The translations under genes and the position numbers were made by a program. 64,000 bases of DNA from Methanothrix sp. (GTDB taxonomy: Archaea; Halobacteriota; Methanosarcinia; Methanotrichales; Methanotrichaceae). Positions 9,301 through 17,637 of the stretch are shown piece after piece; positions within the stretch are counted from its first letter, which is position 1; the number at the start of each line of letters is the position of its first letter. The notes beneath the pieces are model-generated. The model had not been told where the DNA came from. It worked only from the letters and a program-made list of their open reading frames with translations, and did not search any database. The DNA lies in NCBI GenBank assembly GCA_040770465.1, contig JAXGJB010000007.1:629-64628 (forward strand), written 5' to 3'.

Positions 9301-10374
9301 CAGCTCCGTCAGTCTCCATTGACCTATCTTGCAGCTGCCACTCCTGCAGGAGCGGAGAGCACTCTGCAGGTGAGGGTGGATGACTTGCTCTGGCACGAGA
9401 TAGATAGCCTGGCGGAATCGGAGCCGACCGACCGAAGCTACATCACAGCTTCAGATGATGAGAGCAAGACAAAAGTCATTTTCGGCAACGGCGAGCGTGG
9501 ATCTCGACTGCCTACCAGAGCCGAGAACGTCAGGGCAGTATATCGATCGGGCATAGGCAAACCCGGCAACGCCAGAGCAGGACAGATCAGCCTTCTGGCA
9601 ACCCGCCCTCTGGGAGTGAAGAGCGTGATCAATCCCCTGCCCGCAACGGGCGGAGCCGATCGAGAGGATAGAGATCAGGCGCGGCGCAACGTGCCTCTGG
9701 CCGTCCTGGCACTCGACCGCCTGGTCTCGGTGCAGGACTATGCTGATTTTTCCCGTACCTTCGCGGGCATAGGAAAGGCGATGGCTGCCGAGCTCTCAGA
9801 CGAGAGAAGACGGGTCGTCTTCATAACCATAGCTGGAACGGAGGATATACCCATCGATTATCATTCCGATCTGTACGTCAACCTCCTTTCGGCACTGCAT
9901 AAGTTGGGGGACCCGCATCTTCAGATCCGGGTCGAGACAAGAGAGCTACTGCTGCTGGTCATTAGCGCCAAGGTTCGAGTGAAATCCGACTACCTCTGGG
10001 ATAAGGTCGAGCCTTTGATCAAGGCCGAGCTATTGGATACTTTCAGCTTCGAGCGCCGCGATCTGGGACAGGATGTCCTCCCCAGCGAGGTTATCGGCGC
10101 CATTCAAGGAGTCAAGGGCGTGGACTACGTGGATGTGGATGTGATCGCCGGGATACCTGAGAAGAAACTGGACGACGGGGTGAGAAGGATTCTGACGCCG
10201 GAAGAGATGCTGAGTGAGGTCAAAAAGGCGCTCGAAGAAGGCACAGGACCCCTGCACAGGGTTTCTGTGAACCTGGCTGGCAAAGAAGAGGATGGTCTTT
10301 TCCGGCCAGATCAGATCGCCTACCTCACACCTGACGTTCCTGATACATTGATTCTCACGGAGTTGAAAGAATGA
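6313..10374 (+). CDS. Giant baseplate wedge protein (Afp12/gp7-like, putative baseplate assembly protein) with inserted beta-sandwich domains
   Basis: 1353 aa with ATGA overlap. The N-terminus (YRVGTHATFLETM..ILDAWAVVADVLTFYQERIANEGYLRTATERRSILELAKLVGY) and C-terminus (GGADREDRDQARRNVPLAVLALDRLVSVQDYADF) resemble the paired baseplate assembly proteins of tail-like clusters. The central part is not conserved-looking. Confidence 0.65.
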   Translation: MKDICGCCEGLEKAVPLSTANRPYLDALSYRVGTHATFLETMVANLTDHSLDILSNTGERIRPLQELTVRGSDDPSIAILDAWAVVADVLTFYQERIANEGYLRTATERRSILELAKLVGYSLRPGVSASVFLAFNLEKGYNLTIDPGMRVQTLPGPGELPQSFETSEPLEAREVWNSLGVRTTKPQYINRINADPEEAGMEAINKVFLSGISASLNPNDPLLMVFDPIIPIAVFRQVESAELQPAKNRTMVKLQTPAGEGEQKISSVSPDDLSVPLSKPVSRLQTPAGEGEQGISIVSLDDLDLLASLSKPASRPPATPRRLARSIEQSFGSASDIGPQLLTALNLPLKHNLYAAWVGAKVVEDSDMKSLDALRVKARPFGHNAPLKPIYDDGCVPIGHEEWPLTETVTASVSITASQIVVASSGLAARAVASTVNIVPVPVLFSVKRGAKIQSRLVWMSPGMLLTNPTINLGDEVVRITLTPGIRFINLLEGTSNVDVYANGIKVLENVPFASEKIVLQFVLMPPIDGTELKLQVTEAGESIKNSLITRDIAIDEGKAYTIVALGKDKKRRLTVLADELPASADEATVHFVHASIGTPQVNFSIDREGNVLASEKGISFAGSISIITSPGKADWTIEETKTKENIHNGSLVLGAGGIYIVLLAPTSENDHTSVAINADISLSDKTPLLLKSILSIDFTALERKFKLSLEKGTNDYPLVNVRVLSGGATILRDSLSVQDILERSIGGHRIRVEYYSPNCLISDESPIPLSQDQKYIVALESKFDEILPGSLAVIEKATIRPPEVERTIARVLEVQTVSKADFGITGDVTQLILDRPWLTDSDTTLASLRNTVVYAQNEPLDISDEEIDPVEGAVCGDAIELDGLYDGLKSGRWLIVSGERTDVPATSGVMASELAMLASVTQGVQNLPEDEDDGEDQRYLPGDKTHTFIKLAEKLAYCYKLDTVKIYANVAKATHGETRNEVLGSGDASRDFQKFQLRQSPLTYLAAATPAGAESTLQVRVDDLLWHEIDSLAESEPTDRSYITASDDESKTKVIFGNGERGSRLPTRAENVRAVYRSGIGKPGNARAGQISLLATRPLGVKSVINPLPATGGADREDRDQARRNVPLAVLALDRLVSVQDYADFSRTFAGIGKAMAAELSDERRRVVFITIAGTEDIPIDYHSDLYVNLLSALHKLGDPHLQIRVETRELLLLVISAKVRVKSDYLWDKVEPLIKAELLDTFSFERRDLGQDVLPSEVIGAIQGVKGVDYVDVDVIAGIPEKKLDDGVRRILTPEEMLSEVKKALEEGTGPLHRVSVNLAGKEEDGLFRPDQIAYLTPDVPDTLILTELKE
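7071..7256 (+). repeat. In-frame ~90-bp tandem duplication (90 + 96 bp) inside the giant baseplate gene
   Basis: gctccagactcctgctggcgaaggggaaca occurs at 7071 and again at 7161. It encodes LQTPAGEGEQKISSVSPDDLSVPLSKPVSR / LQTPAGEGEQGISIVSLDDLDLLASLSKPASR. The second copy has a 6-bp insertion. Confidence 0.95.
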
Positions 10375-12620
10375 GCCAATCCAAGGACCGTCTATATGAT
10401 CTGCTTCCCGCGGTCTACCGTCAGCGAGATGCAGATCAGGGCTATCCCCTGAAGGCACTCCTCGAGGTGATCTCAGATCAGGTGAAGGTCGTGGAGGACG
10501 ACATCACCGGCCTCTACGAAAACTGGTTCATCGAGACGTGTCAGGACTGGGCCGTACCCTATCTGGGGGATCTGATCGGCTATCGGCCGGTATCTCATGC
10601 CGGCGGGCCAGGAGATGCGACAAAGCCCGAAGGCGTCGAGCTCAACAGGATAATCTTTCCCAGAAGCGAGATCGCAAATACCATAAGATACCGGCGAAGA
10701 AAGGGCACTCTGGCTCTGCTAGAAGAGCTGGCCAAGAGCGCTTCTGGTTGGCCGGCCAGGGCGGTGGAGTTTTATCGGCTCCTCCGTGTAGCTCAGCATA
10801 TCAACCACCAGCATCTGGATAGAGGCAGAACTGTTGACATGCGCTCAGGAGATGCCCTGGAACGTCTGGGGGGCCCCTTCGATGAGCTGGCTCATACTGT
10901 GGACGTGCGCCGAATAAAATCGCATCGTACACGCGGGAGGCACAACATCCCCAGCGTCGGAGTCTTCGTATGGAGGCTGAAGTCCTACCCCATCACGCAG
11001 GCTCCGGCGTACTACATGGATAGGGACCTGAACCACTTCACTTTCAGCGTTCTGGGGCTCGACACCAACCTCTTCACAAAGCCCGTCGAGGAGCCGAACC
11101 CCGTTCATATCGCCGATGAGACGAACGTCCCCACCATCATCAGGCGACGGGCCTTCGAGGAGAGGATGGAGGATTTCTATGGTGAGGGCAAGAGCCTCTG
11201 CATCTGGCGAGCCGATCTGGATCATCCGATTCCAATTGAGAACATAATTGCTGCTGATCTCAGCGATTGGTCTTATGCACCCCTGGGGGATGGTGTTGCC
11301 GTAGATCCCGAGCTCGGGCGAATAGCCCTATCCAGTTCTTTTTCTCAGGAAAATTCCGATGCTGGGATCTGGGTATCCTATCACTACGGATTCAGCGCCG
11401 ATATGGGTGGCGGAGAGTATCCGAGAAAGCTGAGAAGGACTACCGGCCGGGAGATCTACCGGGTGGGCCCGTTTGAGAGCTTCCAGAAGATAAGCGATGC
11501 TCTGAATCAGTGGAAAGACGATAAAATTGAAGACGGGAAAAAGCGCGACGCCATCATAGAAATTGAGGATAGCGGCGCTTATGCGGAGAAGATCAAGATC
11601 ACACTGGAATCAGGCGACCGGTTGGAGCTGAGGGCCGCCAACGGCAAAAGACCGGTCATCCGCCTATTGAACTGGGAGACAAATCGACCGGATTCTCTGA
11701 AGATCATCGGCACTGGCGGAGATGGAGGCCCCGCGTCCATAGTTCTGGATGGACTGGTCGTTACAGGAAGGGGCATAAAAGTAGCAGGAGAGCTTACAGA
11801 GGTCAAGATCCGTCATTGTACACTGGTTCCCGGCTGGATGCAGGAAGACGAACGTCAATCGCATAAGAGCGCGGCCCCGAGTCTTCGGCTAAAAAACACC
11901 ACTGCCCGTCTATCAATCGAGAGCAGTATCCTTGGACCCGTATTGATCAATCAGGATGAGGTGCAGACAGATCCGCTTTCTGTCTCCATCACCGATAGCA
12001 TACTGGACGCGACTGGTCCGGAAAAGAAGGCACTGGACGCTTCAGGATGTCCTGTGGCCTTTGCAAAGCTGACAGTCTTGAGGAGCACCATCTATGGCGA
12101 GACCCAGGTCAATTCCATCGATCTTGCTGAGAACTGCATATTCTTTGGCAAAGTAACAGTATGTCGCCGTCAGGAAGGATGTATGCGCTTCTGTTACCTC
12201 AGGCCCGGTTCCAGGACGCCGCGACGATATAACTGCCAGCCAGACCTCCTGGAGAATGCAGCAGAAGAGGAGATAAGAATCGACGCCGGAGAGCTGGGAT
12301 CTGCCCTTTCGACCTTATCCGATGTCGAGCTGAAAGAAGAGATAAAGGCTGCAAAAGAGCGGGAGAGACGACGGGTTGTTCCCCAGTTCAACAGCACCCA
12401 TTACGGCAGGCATGACTACTTCCAGCTGGCCGATTCCTTTGCTGAAGAGATAAAGAGGGGCGCAGACGACCAGTCAGAGATGGGAGCCTTCCACGACCTT
12501 TATCAACCCCAGAGGGAGGCGAACCTCTTGACCCGCATTGAAGAGTACACACCGGCAGGGGCAGATGTAGGAATCATTTTCGTGAACTTCTTGGAGGAGA
12601 AATATGAAAGGCGAGTTTAG
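10371..12620 (+). CDS. Phage tail protein, P2 gpI-like N-terminus fused to a probable right-handed beta-helix
   Basis: 749 aa with ATGA overlap. The N-terminal RLYDLLPAVYRQRDADQGYPLKALLEVI..NWFIETCQDWAVPYLGDLIG matches the gpI/tail-protein signature. The middle region has repetitive short beta-strand segments (IIEIEDSG..KITLESG..LELRAANG..) suggestive of a beta-helix. Confidence 0.7.
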   Translation: MSQSKDRLYDLLPAVYRQRDADQGYPLKALLEVISDQVKVVEDDITGLYENWFIETCQDWAVPYLGDLIGYRPVSHAGGPGDATKPEGVELNRIIFPRSEIANTIRYRRRKGTLALLEELAKSASGWPARAVEFYRLLRVAQHINHQHLDRGRTVDMRSGDALERLGGPFDELAHTVDVRRIKSHRTRGRHNIPSVGVFVWRLKSYPITQAPAYYMDRDLNHFTFSVLGLDTNLFTKPVEEPNPVHIADETNVPTIIRRRAFEERMEDFYGEGKSLCIWRADLDHPIPIENIIAADLSDWSYAPLGDGVAVDPELGRIALSSSFSQENSDAGIWVSYHYGFSADMGGGEYPRKLRRTTGREIYRVGPFESFQKISDALNQWKDDKIEDGKKRDAIIEIEDSGAYAEKIKITLESGDRLELRAANGKRPVIRLLNWETNRPDSLKIIGTGGDGGPASIVLDGLVVTGRGIKVAGELTEVKIRHCTLVPGWMQEDERQSHKSAAPSLRLKNTTARLSIESSILGPVLINQDEVQTDPLSVSITDSILDATGPEKKALDASGCPVAFAKLTVLRSTIYGETQVNSIDLAENCIFFGKVTVCRRQEGCMRFCYLRPGSRTPRRYNCQPDLLENAAEEEIRIDAGELGSALSTLSDVELKEEIKAAKERERRRVVPQFNSTHYGRHDYFQLADSFAEEIKRGADDQSEMGAFHDLYQPQREANLLTRIEEYTPAGADVGIIFVNFLEEKYERRV

Positions 12621-14136
12621 GGGAGATTTTTCACGAGACACCTTCGATCCGAGCAGGCACTTTTTGCGGGTGCTGATGCAGCAGGGAAGGGTCAGCCTGG
12701 ACGCAGACTGGAACGAGCAGACTGACATACTGCTGCATTATATGCAGACTCTGGCTGAGGATCTCATAGGGCCGTTTGCAGGACCTGAAGACGAAGTAGA
12801 ACGGGGATTCGGCATAACTGCAACCCCATCCAAGAGCTTCACCATCAGTCAAGGCCGATATTACGTCGACGGCATCCTCTGTGAGAACGAACCGGGAGAC
12901 GACTCATGCAACTCGGGGGACAAAGCCGAAATCGAATACTACAGCCAGCCGTACTTTCCTCGATCGGGCGAAAAGAGCGATTTCGAGACCAGCGATCTGC
13001 CCTTGCTGGTTTACCTTGACGTCTGGGAGCGGCATATCAGCTTCATCGAGGACGACCACATAAGGGAGAAGGCTCTGGGAGTGGCGGATACGGCGAGCAG
13101 GTCCAAGGTGGTCTGGCAGGTCAAAGCGCTGAAGTTAGCCAGCGACGAGATACTGAGCAAATTTATTAAGATATCTAGAGCGAAGACGCATTGTGAATCC
13201 ATCAGGCAAAATTGGAGCGTGATTGTGGAGAATCTGCTGCAAAATCCCCATCGAGGCTGTCTCAGGGCGAAGGCAAAGGAGACGGACGAGGTGCCAACTG
13301 ATCCCTGCATAGCTCCTCCCGGATCGAGTTACAGGGGAGAAGAGAACCAGCTATACCGGGTGGAGGTTCACCGAGGCGGATTTGCCCGGAATGCAGACAT
13401 CAAGGATGATTCCAAACAGTCTGCCACATTCAAGTGGTCTCGCGACAACGGCACCGTTGCCTTCCCCATCATCTCCAAGTTGGGCAATAAAGTGATGCTT
13501 GAGCACCTGGGGAGAGACGACCGGCTGAGCCTGAAGAAGGACGACTGGGTGGAGGTGCTCGATGACGACTATACGCTGCAGATCCTATCCAGGCCTTCTC
13601 CGTTGTCCAAAGCTCGGCCTCTGGTCCAGATTGATAATGTGGACAGGACGGAGATGACGGTGACCCTCAGGCTGCAGGACAGCTCAAAATTGCCTGACTA
13701 TGCGGAAGACGACCCAAAAATTCATCCGCTGCTCCGCCGCTGGGATCATGAGAGGGGCGATCCAGCAGAGCAAGATGAGCCTGTGCTGGCAGAAGACGAT
13801 GGAGCTCTCTATGTTGATGAAGGCAAATGGCTCACGCTGGAGGACGGGGTCCAGATCCTGTTCGAATCAAGCGAGTCCGTTCAAAGCTATCAGAGGGGCG
13901 ACTTTTGGCTGATCCCAGCGCGAACTGCCATCGGAGATGTAGAATGGCCGAAAGATTCGGAAGGGGCGGCATCAGCTCTTCCTCCTCGAGGAATCGATCA
14001 TCACTATGCTCCTCTGGCGGTCATTGATAAAGACAGTTCCGAGAAGGAAAATTGGGTGGTGCAGGAGGACTGCCGCTGTTCAATAGTCAGAGCATTATCC
14101 TGCGGAAGCGTAGCGAAGGAGAAAAAAGCCAGGTAG
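12604..14136 (+). CDS. Conserved distal tail-cluster protein (resembles the DUF6519-type partner of gpI-like genes); candidate fibre/receptor-binding component
   Basis: 510 aa with GGAGGAG RBS at 12593-12599 and a 17-nt overlap with the upstream gene. Motifs FSRDTFDPSRHF..MQQGRVSLDADWNEQ, ENQLYRVEVHRGG, FKWSRDNG, RRWD and GDFWLIPARTAIGDVEWP look like a family I have seen downstream of gpI-like genes. The family name is from memory and unverified. Confidence 0.5.
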   Translation: MKGEFRGDFSRDTFDPSRHFLRVLMQQGRVSLDADWNEQTDILLHYMQTLAEDLIGPFAGPEDEVERGFGITATPSKSFTISQGRYYVDGILCENEPGDDSCNSGDKAEIEYYSQPYFPRSGEKSDFETSDLPLLVYLDVWERHISFIEDDHIREKALGVADTASRSKVVWQVKALKLASDEILSKFIKISRAKTHCESIRQNWSVIVENLLQNPHRGCLRAKAKETDEVPTDPCIAPPGSSYRGEENQLYRVEVHRGGFARNADIKDDSKQSATFKWSRDNGTVAFPIISKLGNKVMLEHLGRDDRLSLKKDDWVEVLDDDYTLQILSRPSPLSKARPLVQIDNVDRTEMTVTLRLQDSSKLPDYAEDDPKIHPLLRRWDHERGDPAEQDEPVLAEDDGALYVDEGKWLTLEDGVQILFESSESVQSYQRGDFWLIPARTAIGDVEWPKDSEGAASALPPRGIDHHYAPLAVIDKDSSEKENWVVQEDCRCSIVRALSCGSVAKEKKAR

Positions 14137-14185
14137 CATCATAGAATAGCCATCGCCCGAGATTGAGAATCCCGGGCTCCATCCC

Positions 14186-14209
14186 TTTTTCCAAACCCAG
14201 CTTTTTTTC
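14186..14209 (+). terminator. T-tract (archaeal-type) terminator after the tail-like operon
   Basis: T5 at 14186-14190 and T7 at 14203-14209, 50-70 nt after the last stop codon of the coupled gene string. Confidence 0.45.
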
Positions 14210-14407
14210 ATCGGAATAAAGATGATGAGGAAAGGCGAGGAGAAGGTGGAGAGTAGTGAGGGGGAAGAGGGTGAGAGAGGAGGAAACGGAGACATATTGC
14301 GCCCCTGGATACCATCGAAAAATTTATTTGGGTTTGAACTCGAATAATAGATGGTTATTATCGCAAGCCATCTAATCGGAAGACGTTTACATCGAGGTGG
14401 ATTGAAT

Positions 14408-14842
14408 ATGATAAAAAATATTCGGGCGTTATCAGTATTGGCGCTGATGCTGATACCACTGGCGACGCTGCCCACAGCCTGCTGCGTAGGAGGGGACGGG
14501 GACCCGGAAATGGAGTTCGGCCAGACATATGAAGGAGAGATGGCCTATCTAGAGCTCGATTTTTGGAACCTTTATGTAGCCGGGCCGGGAACTGTGACGA
14601 TAGATATGGACGTCCAACCTGGATTAAAGGGTTTAATAGTGCTCTATCCTCCAGGTTATCTGATCACCGTTCCAGCTCCAACATTCGCCGAAGCGCCAAT
14701 GGGTGCCGACGTCACCCTGACGACGTACATATCCGAGCCGGGATGGTGTGATATTACGTTGCAGTACATCGACTATGACGAAGATATTATAGACAGGTCC
14801 TCCGAATATCCGTACACCATAAGGCCCATGTTTGCCGCTTAG
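14408..14842 (+). CDS. Small secreted protein (signal peptide; pre-peptidase-C-terminal-like beta domain?)
   Basis: The ATG at 14408 is preceded by GGTGG. N-terminal MIKNIRALSVLALMLIPLATLPTACC is signal/lipobox-like. No recognisable catalytic motif. Confidence 0.45.
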   Translation: MIKNIRALSVLALMLIPLATLPTACCVGGDGDPEMEFGQTYEGEMAYLELDFWNLYVAGPGTVTIDMDVQPGLKGLIVLYPPGYLITVPAPTFAEAPMGADVTLTTYISEPGWCDITLQYIDYDEDIIDRSSEYPYTIRPMFAA

Positions 14843-14948
14843 TGAAAAGTCGAACCTCCGATCCCCAAGTCTGAGTTCAACGTTCTGGTGAGCTCGCCGT
14901 GATTCACCGAAAACATACATATCCACCATCCACAAACCTGAGTAGATA

Positions 14949-15326
14949 ATGACGAACTTCAAGGTCCTTCTGGAGGGCGCCTGGCTGGTCAAGGACGTCA
15001 AATCCACCGATGACGCCATCGGGGTCGCGATATCGGAGGCCGGAAAGAGGCTGAACAATAAGAAGCTCGACTTCGTGGAGGTGGAGGTGGGCCAGACGAT
15101 CTGTCCCGCCTGCGGCGAGTCCCTCGACGGCGTCTTCATGGTGGCAGGAACGGCCCTCGTCGGCCTCCTCTTCGAGATCAAGGTCTACGATGCCGAGAAC
15201 GAGGAGCACGCCTTCCGGATCGCGAAGTCGACGGTCGGAAGGGCTCTGGGCGCCGTCCCCCTCAGGTTCGTGGAGGCGGAGGAGATCGAGGGTGGCCGGA
15301 CCGGAAAGCCGGTGAGGTCGCGGTGA
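14949..15326 (+). CDS. UPF0212/DUF555 family archaeal protein
   Basis: 125 aa. LLEGAWLVKDVKSTDDAIGVAISEAGKRLN..VEVEVGQTICPACGE..FEIKVYDAENEEHAFRIAK closely follows the archaea-specific UPF0212 pattern. Confidence 0.75.
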   Translation: MTNFKVLLEGAWLVKDVKSTDDAIGVAISEAGKRLNNKKLDFVEVEVGQTICPACGESLDGVFMVAGTALVGLLFEIKVYDAENEEHAFRIAKSTVGRALGAVPLRFVEAEEIEGGRTGKPVRSR

Positions 15327-15375
15327 CTCCAGAATAGAAACCCGGGCTTGAAATTGAGGGCGAAGATTCTGAGCT

Positions 15376-17505
15376 TCAGCTCCGAAGCTTCTCCCACTTC
15401 GCCACCTTGCCCCTGATTATCTCTCTGCTCTTTTGGGCGTCGGTGACGATCAGCTCGTCCTGTATCCATCTCGGGAGGAAGGAGAGAACGCCGCCCCGGC
15501 CCCCCTCTCTGAACCGCCGGTCGCAGAAGAGGATCACCCCCCGCTCCGAGGCGTCCCTGATCACCCTTCCTGCGGCCTGCAGACCCCGATTTATCGCCGG
15601 GAGGGTGTAGGCGATGAGCATCCCTCTATTCTGGCCGTACTTCCTGACGTAGTACTGATTTACCTCCCTCTGGATCTCGTTATAGAAGCCCAGGGGCAGG
15701 CCGACGACGGCGACGCCGTTCAGAGCCTCGCCCTTGTAGTCGATCCCCTCGGCGAGCTTCCCTCCGGAGACGCCGAGGAGGACCGCCCCCCTCCTCTTTC
15801 CCGCCCTGAAAAAGTCGTCCAGAAGGGCGGGGACGTCCTCGGCGGTTCTCGGCTCGGAGTAGAGCATCTTTCCCGCCCTCCTCGCCGCCGCCTTGCAGGT
15901 CGCCTCATACTGGTTCATCATCGAGTATGAGGTGAAGAAGACGGCGACGTTTCCGGGAACCTCCTCGATTATCGCCTCGATGTGCTCTGTGATCTCCCTT
16001 CTGTTCCCAGCCTCGTCCCTCTTCTCAAGCTGGGTTGTGGCGGTCTTGGCCACCATCAAAAGCCTGTTCTCCGCAGGAAAGGGGTTTGGAAGGCTGATCT
16101 TCTTCGCCCGGTCCTCCTCGCCCAGGATGTAGAGCTCGTAGGCGTCCAGGGGCGAGAGGGTGCCGCTGAGCATCACCGTCGCGTTGATGTTGTCGACGAC
16201 CCTCCTCACCAGAGGGGCCGGGTCGATGTTGTTCACCTCAAGCCACGCCCTCTTCTTGTCGCCGGTTCCGGTGACGGTGATCTTCCTCTGGTAAGAGTCG
16301 TCTTTCTCTGCCATCTCCGCGTCGCCGAGAAAGAGAAGGACCTGAGCTAGGCTCGGCTCGATGTCGCCCTGCAGATTTTCGCGATCTCCCTCCGCCAGCT
16401 CCAGCTCCGCCACCATCACCGCCACCTCCGTCGCCGCCGAGAGGATCTCCTCCACGTCGTCGTACCCCCGATAGAGAAAACTGCGGAAGAGGTCGGCGTC
16501 AAGGAGCTCTTCGCCCTCCTGCATCCGGGACTGCCGGCTCTGGATGTACTTTCGAAGCCTCGGGAGGAGGGTCTTTATCACCTCCACCCCTTTCAGCCGC
16601 GAAGAGGCGTCGAAGGTGGACTCCTCGAGCCTCGACTGGCCCATCGACTCCTGATACTTCTCCACCTCCTTCTCGGCGAGGTCGATCATCCTCAAAGAGA
16701 GTACCCTCGAATTGAGGGCCCTGACGGCGTCGCCGAGGTTGTGGGCCTCGTCGACGAAGAGGGTCAACGACTCCCGGTCCAGCTCCAGCCAGTCGAAGAT
16801 GATCTCCTGGAACTCGGGGCTGAATAGGTGAGAGTAGTTGAGGATCACGACGTCGCTCCCCTTGGCACAGAGGCTCATCACCTCGTAGGGGCAGACCTCC
16901 TTGCACTCCTTCTGGAACCGGTCGGGGGACCTGATCCCCCCCCTAAGCTCGTCCACCAGGTCCAGGACGAGCCCGGAGTGTCTGAAATGAGGCTTTCCGG
17001 AGAGCTCGAAGACCTCCCTTGTCATCATGTAGTAGGGGCAGAATGTCCTGTAGCCGGGAACGCTCTGGGGGAAGTTTCTGTCCTGAGAGGGGTCGTAGAA
17101 CTTCCCACCCACCTCCCCAAGCCTCGATATCATCTTCCTCTTCGTCCATTCCCGGAGCCTCGCGCAGCCGGCGTAGACGCTCTCCCCGGCGAACTCGTCG
17201 GCGATGGGGCACATCTTCTGTTTGCCCACCATGTAGGTTATGGTGGGTCGGTGCCTGGTCTTGGACCAGATCTTCTCGATCTCGTCCAGGTAGACGTCTA
17301 TCTGGCTTACCGTCCTCACCGCCACCGCTATCTTGGCGGGAGCTGCTGCCAGGGCCGCGGAGATGCAGCTGGTCTTGCCGCTGCCGGTGGGGGCGTCGAT
17401 CATCAGGACCGCGTGATCCCCATCTCTCACCGTCCCGTAAACGTCGTCGAGCATGGCGTCCTGGTAGGGCCTCAGCGACTCGTAAGGGAAATAGTCCAGA
17501 TACAC
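15376..17505 (-). CDS. xpd: XPD/Rad3-family 5'-3' DNA helicase with Fe-S cluster domain
   Basis: 709 aa with Walker A DAPTGSGKT, DEAH box FVDEAHNL and Fe-S Cys ligands (MCP..GC..FCPYY..CKEVCPYE). Helicase motifs V-VI are in the C-terminus. The GTG start lies ~25 nt after a TATA-like element. Confidence 0.9.
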   Translation of the reverse strand: MYLDYFPYESLRPYQDAMLDDVYGTVRDGDHAVLMIDAPTGSGKTSCISAALAAAPAKIAVAVRTVSQIDVYLDEIEKIWSKTRHRPTITYMVGKQKMCPIADEFAGESVYAGCARLREWTKRKMISRLGEVGGKFYDPSQDRNFPQSVPGYRTFCPYYMMTREVFELSGKPHFRHSGLVLDLVDELRGGIRSPDRFQKECKEVCPYEVMSLCAKGSDVVILNYSHLFSPEFQEIIFDWLELDRESLTLFVDEAHNLGDAVRALNSRVLSLRMIDLAEKEVEKYQESMGQSRLEESTFDASSRLKGVEVIKTLLPRLRKYIQSRQSRMQEGEELLDADLFRSFLYRGYDDVEEILSAATEVAVMVAELELAEGDRENLQGDIEPSLAQVLLFLGDAEMAEKDDSYQRKITVTGTGDKKRAWLEVNNIDPAPLVRRVVDNINATVMLSGTLSPLDAYELYILGEEDRAKKISLPNPFPAENRLLMVAKTATTQLEKRDEAGNRREITEHIEAIIEEVPGNVAVFFTSYSMMNQYEATCKAAARRAGKMLYSEPRTAEDVPALLDDFFRAGKRRGAVLLGVSGGKLAEGIDYKGEALNGVAVVGLPLGFYNEIQREVNQYYVRKYGQNRGMLIAYTLPAINRGLQAAGRVIRDASERGVILFCDRRFREGGRGGVLSFLPRWIQDELIVTDAQKSREIIRGKVAKWEKLRS

Positions 17506-17637
17506 GGGAGCTTGGTTTCAGCTTAAAGGTTTTAAATGCTATCCATCTCACCCTGGGCTCAGTCTGCGGCTCGTCAGAGGGGTCATCGACGAAAAAGGTT
17601 TAAATATAATAGCATTATATGATATTATGAGAGTAAC

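Noticed and set aside
14095-14475. 126-aa minus-strand ORF spanning the purine-rich tract
   Set aside because: Its translation is low-complexity Ser/Pro/Phe. It overlaps the 3' end of the last tail gene and the 5' end of the secreted-protein gene. It is best explained as an artefact of the polypurine/polypyrimidine tract.
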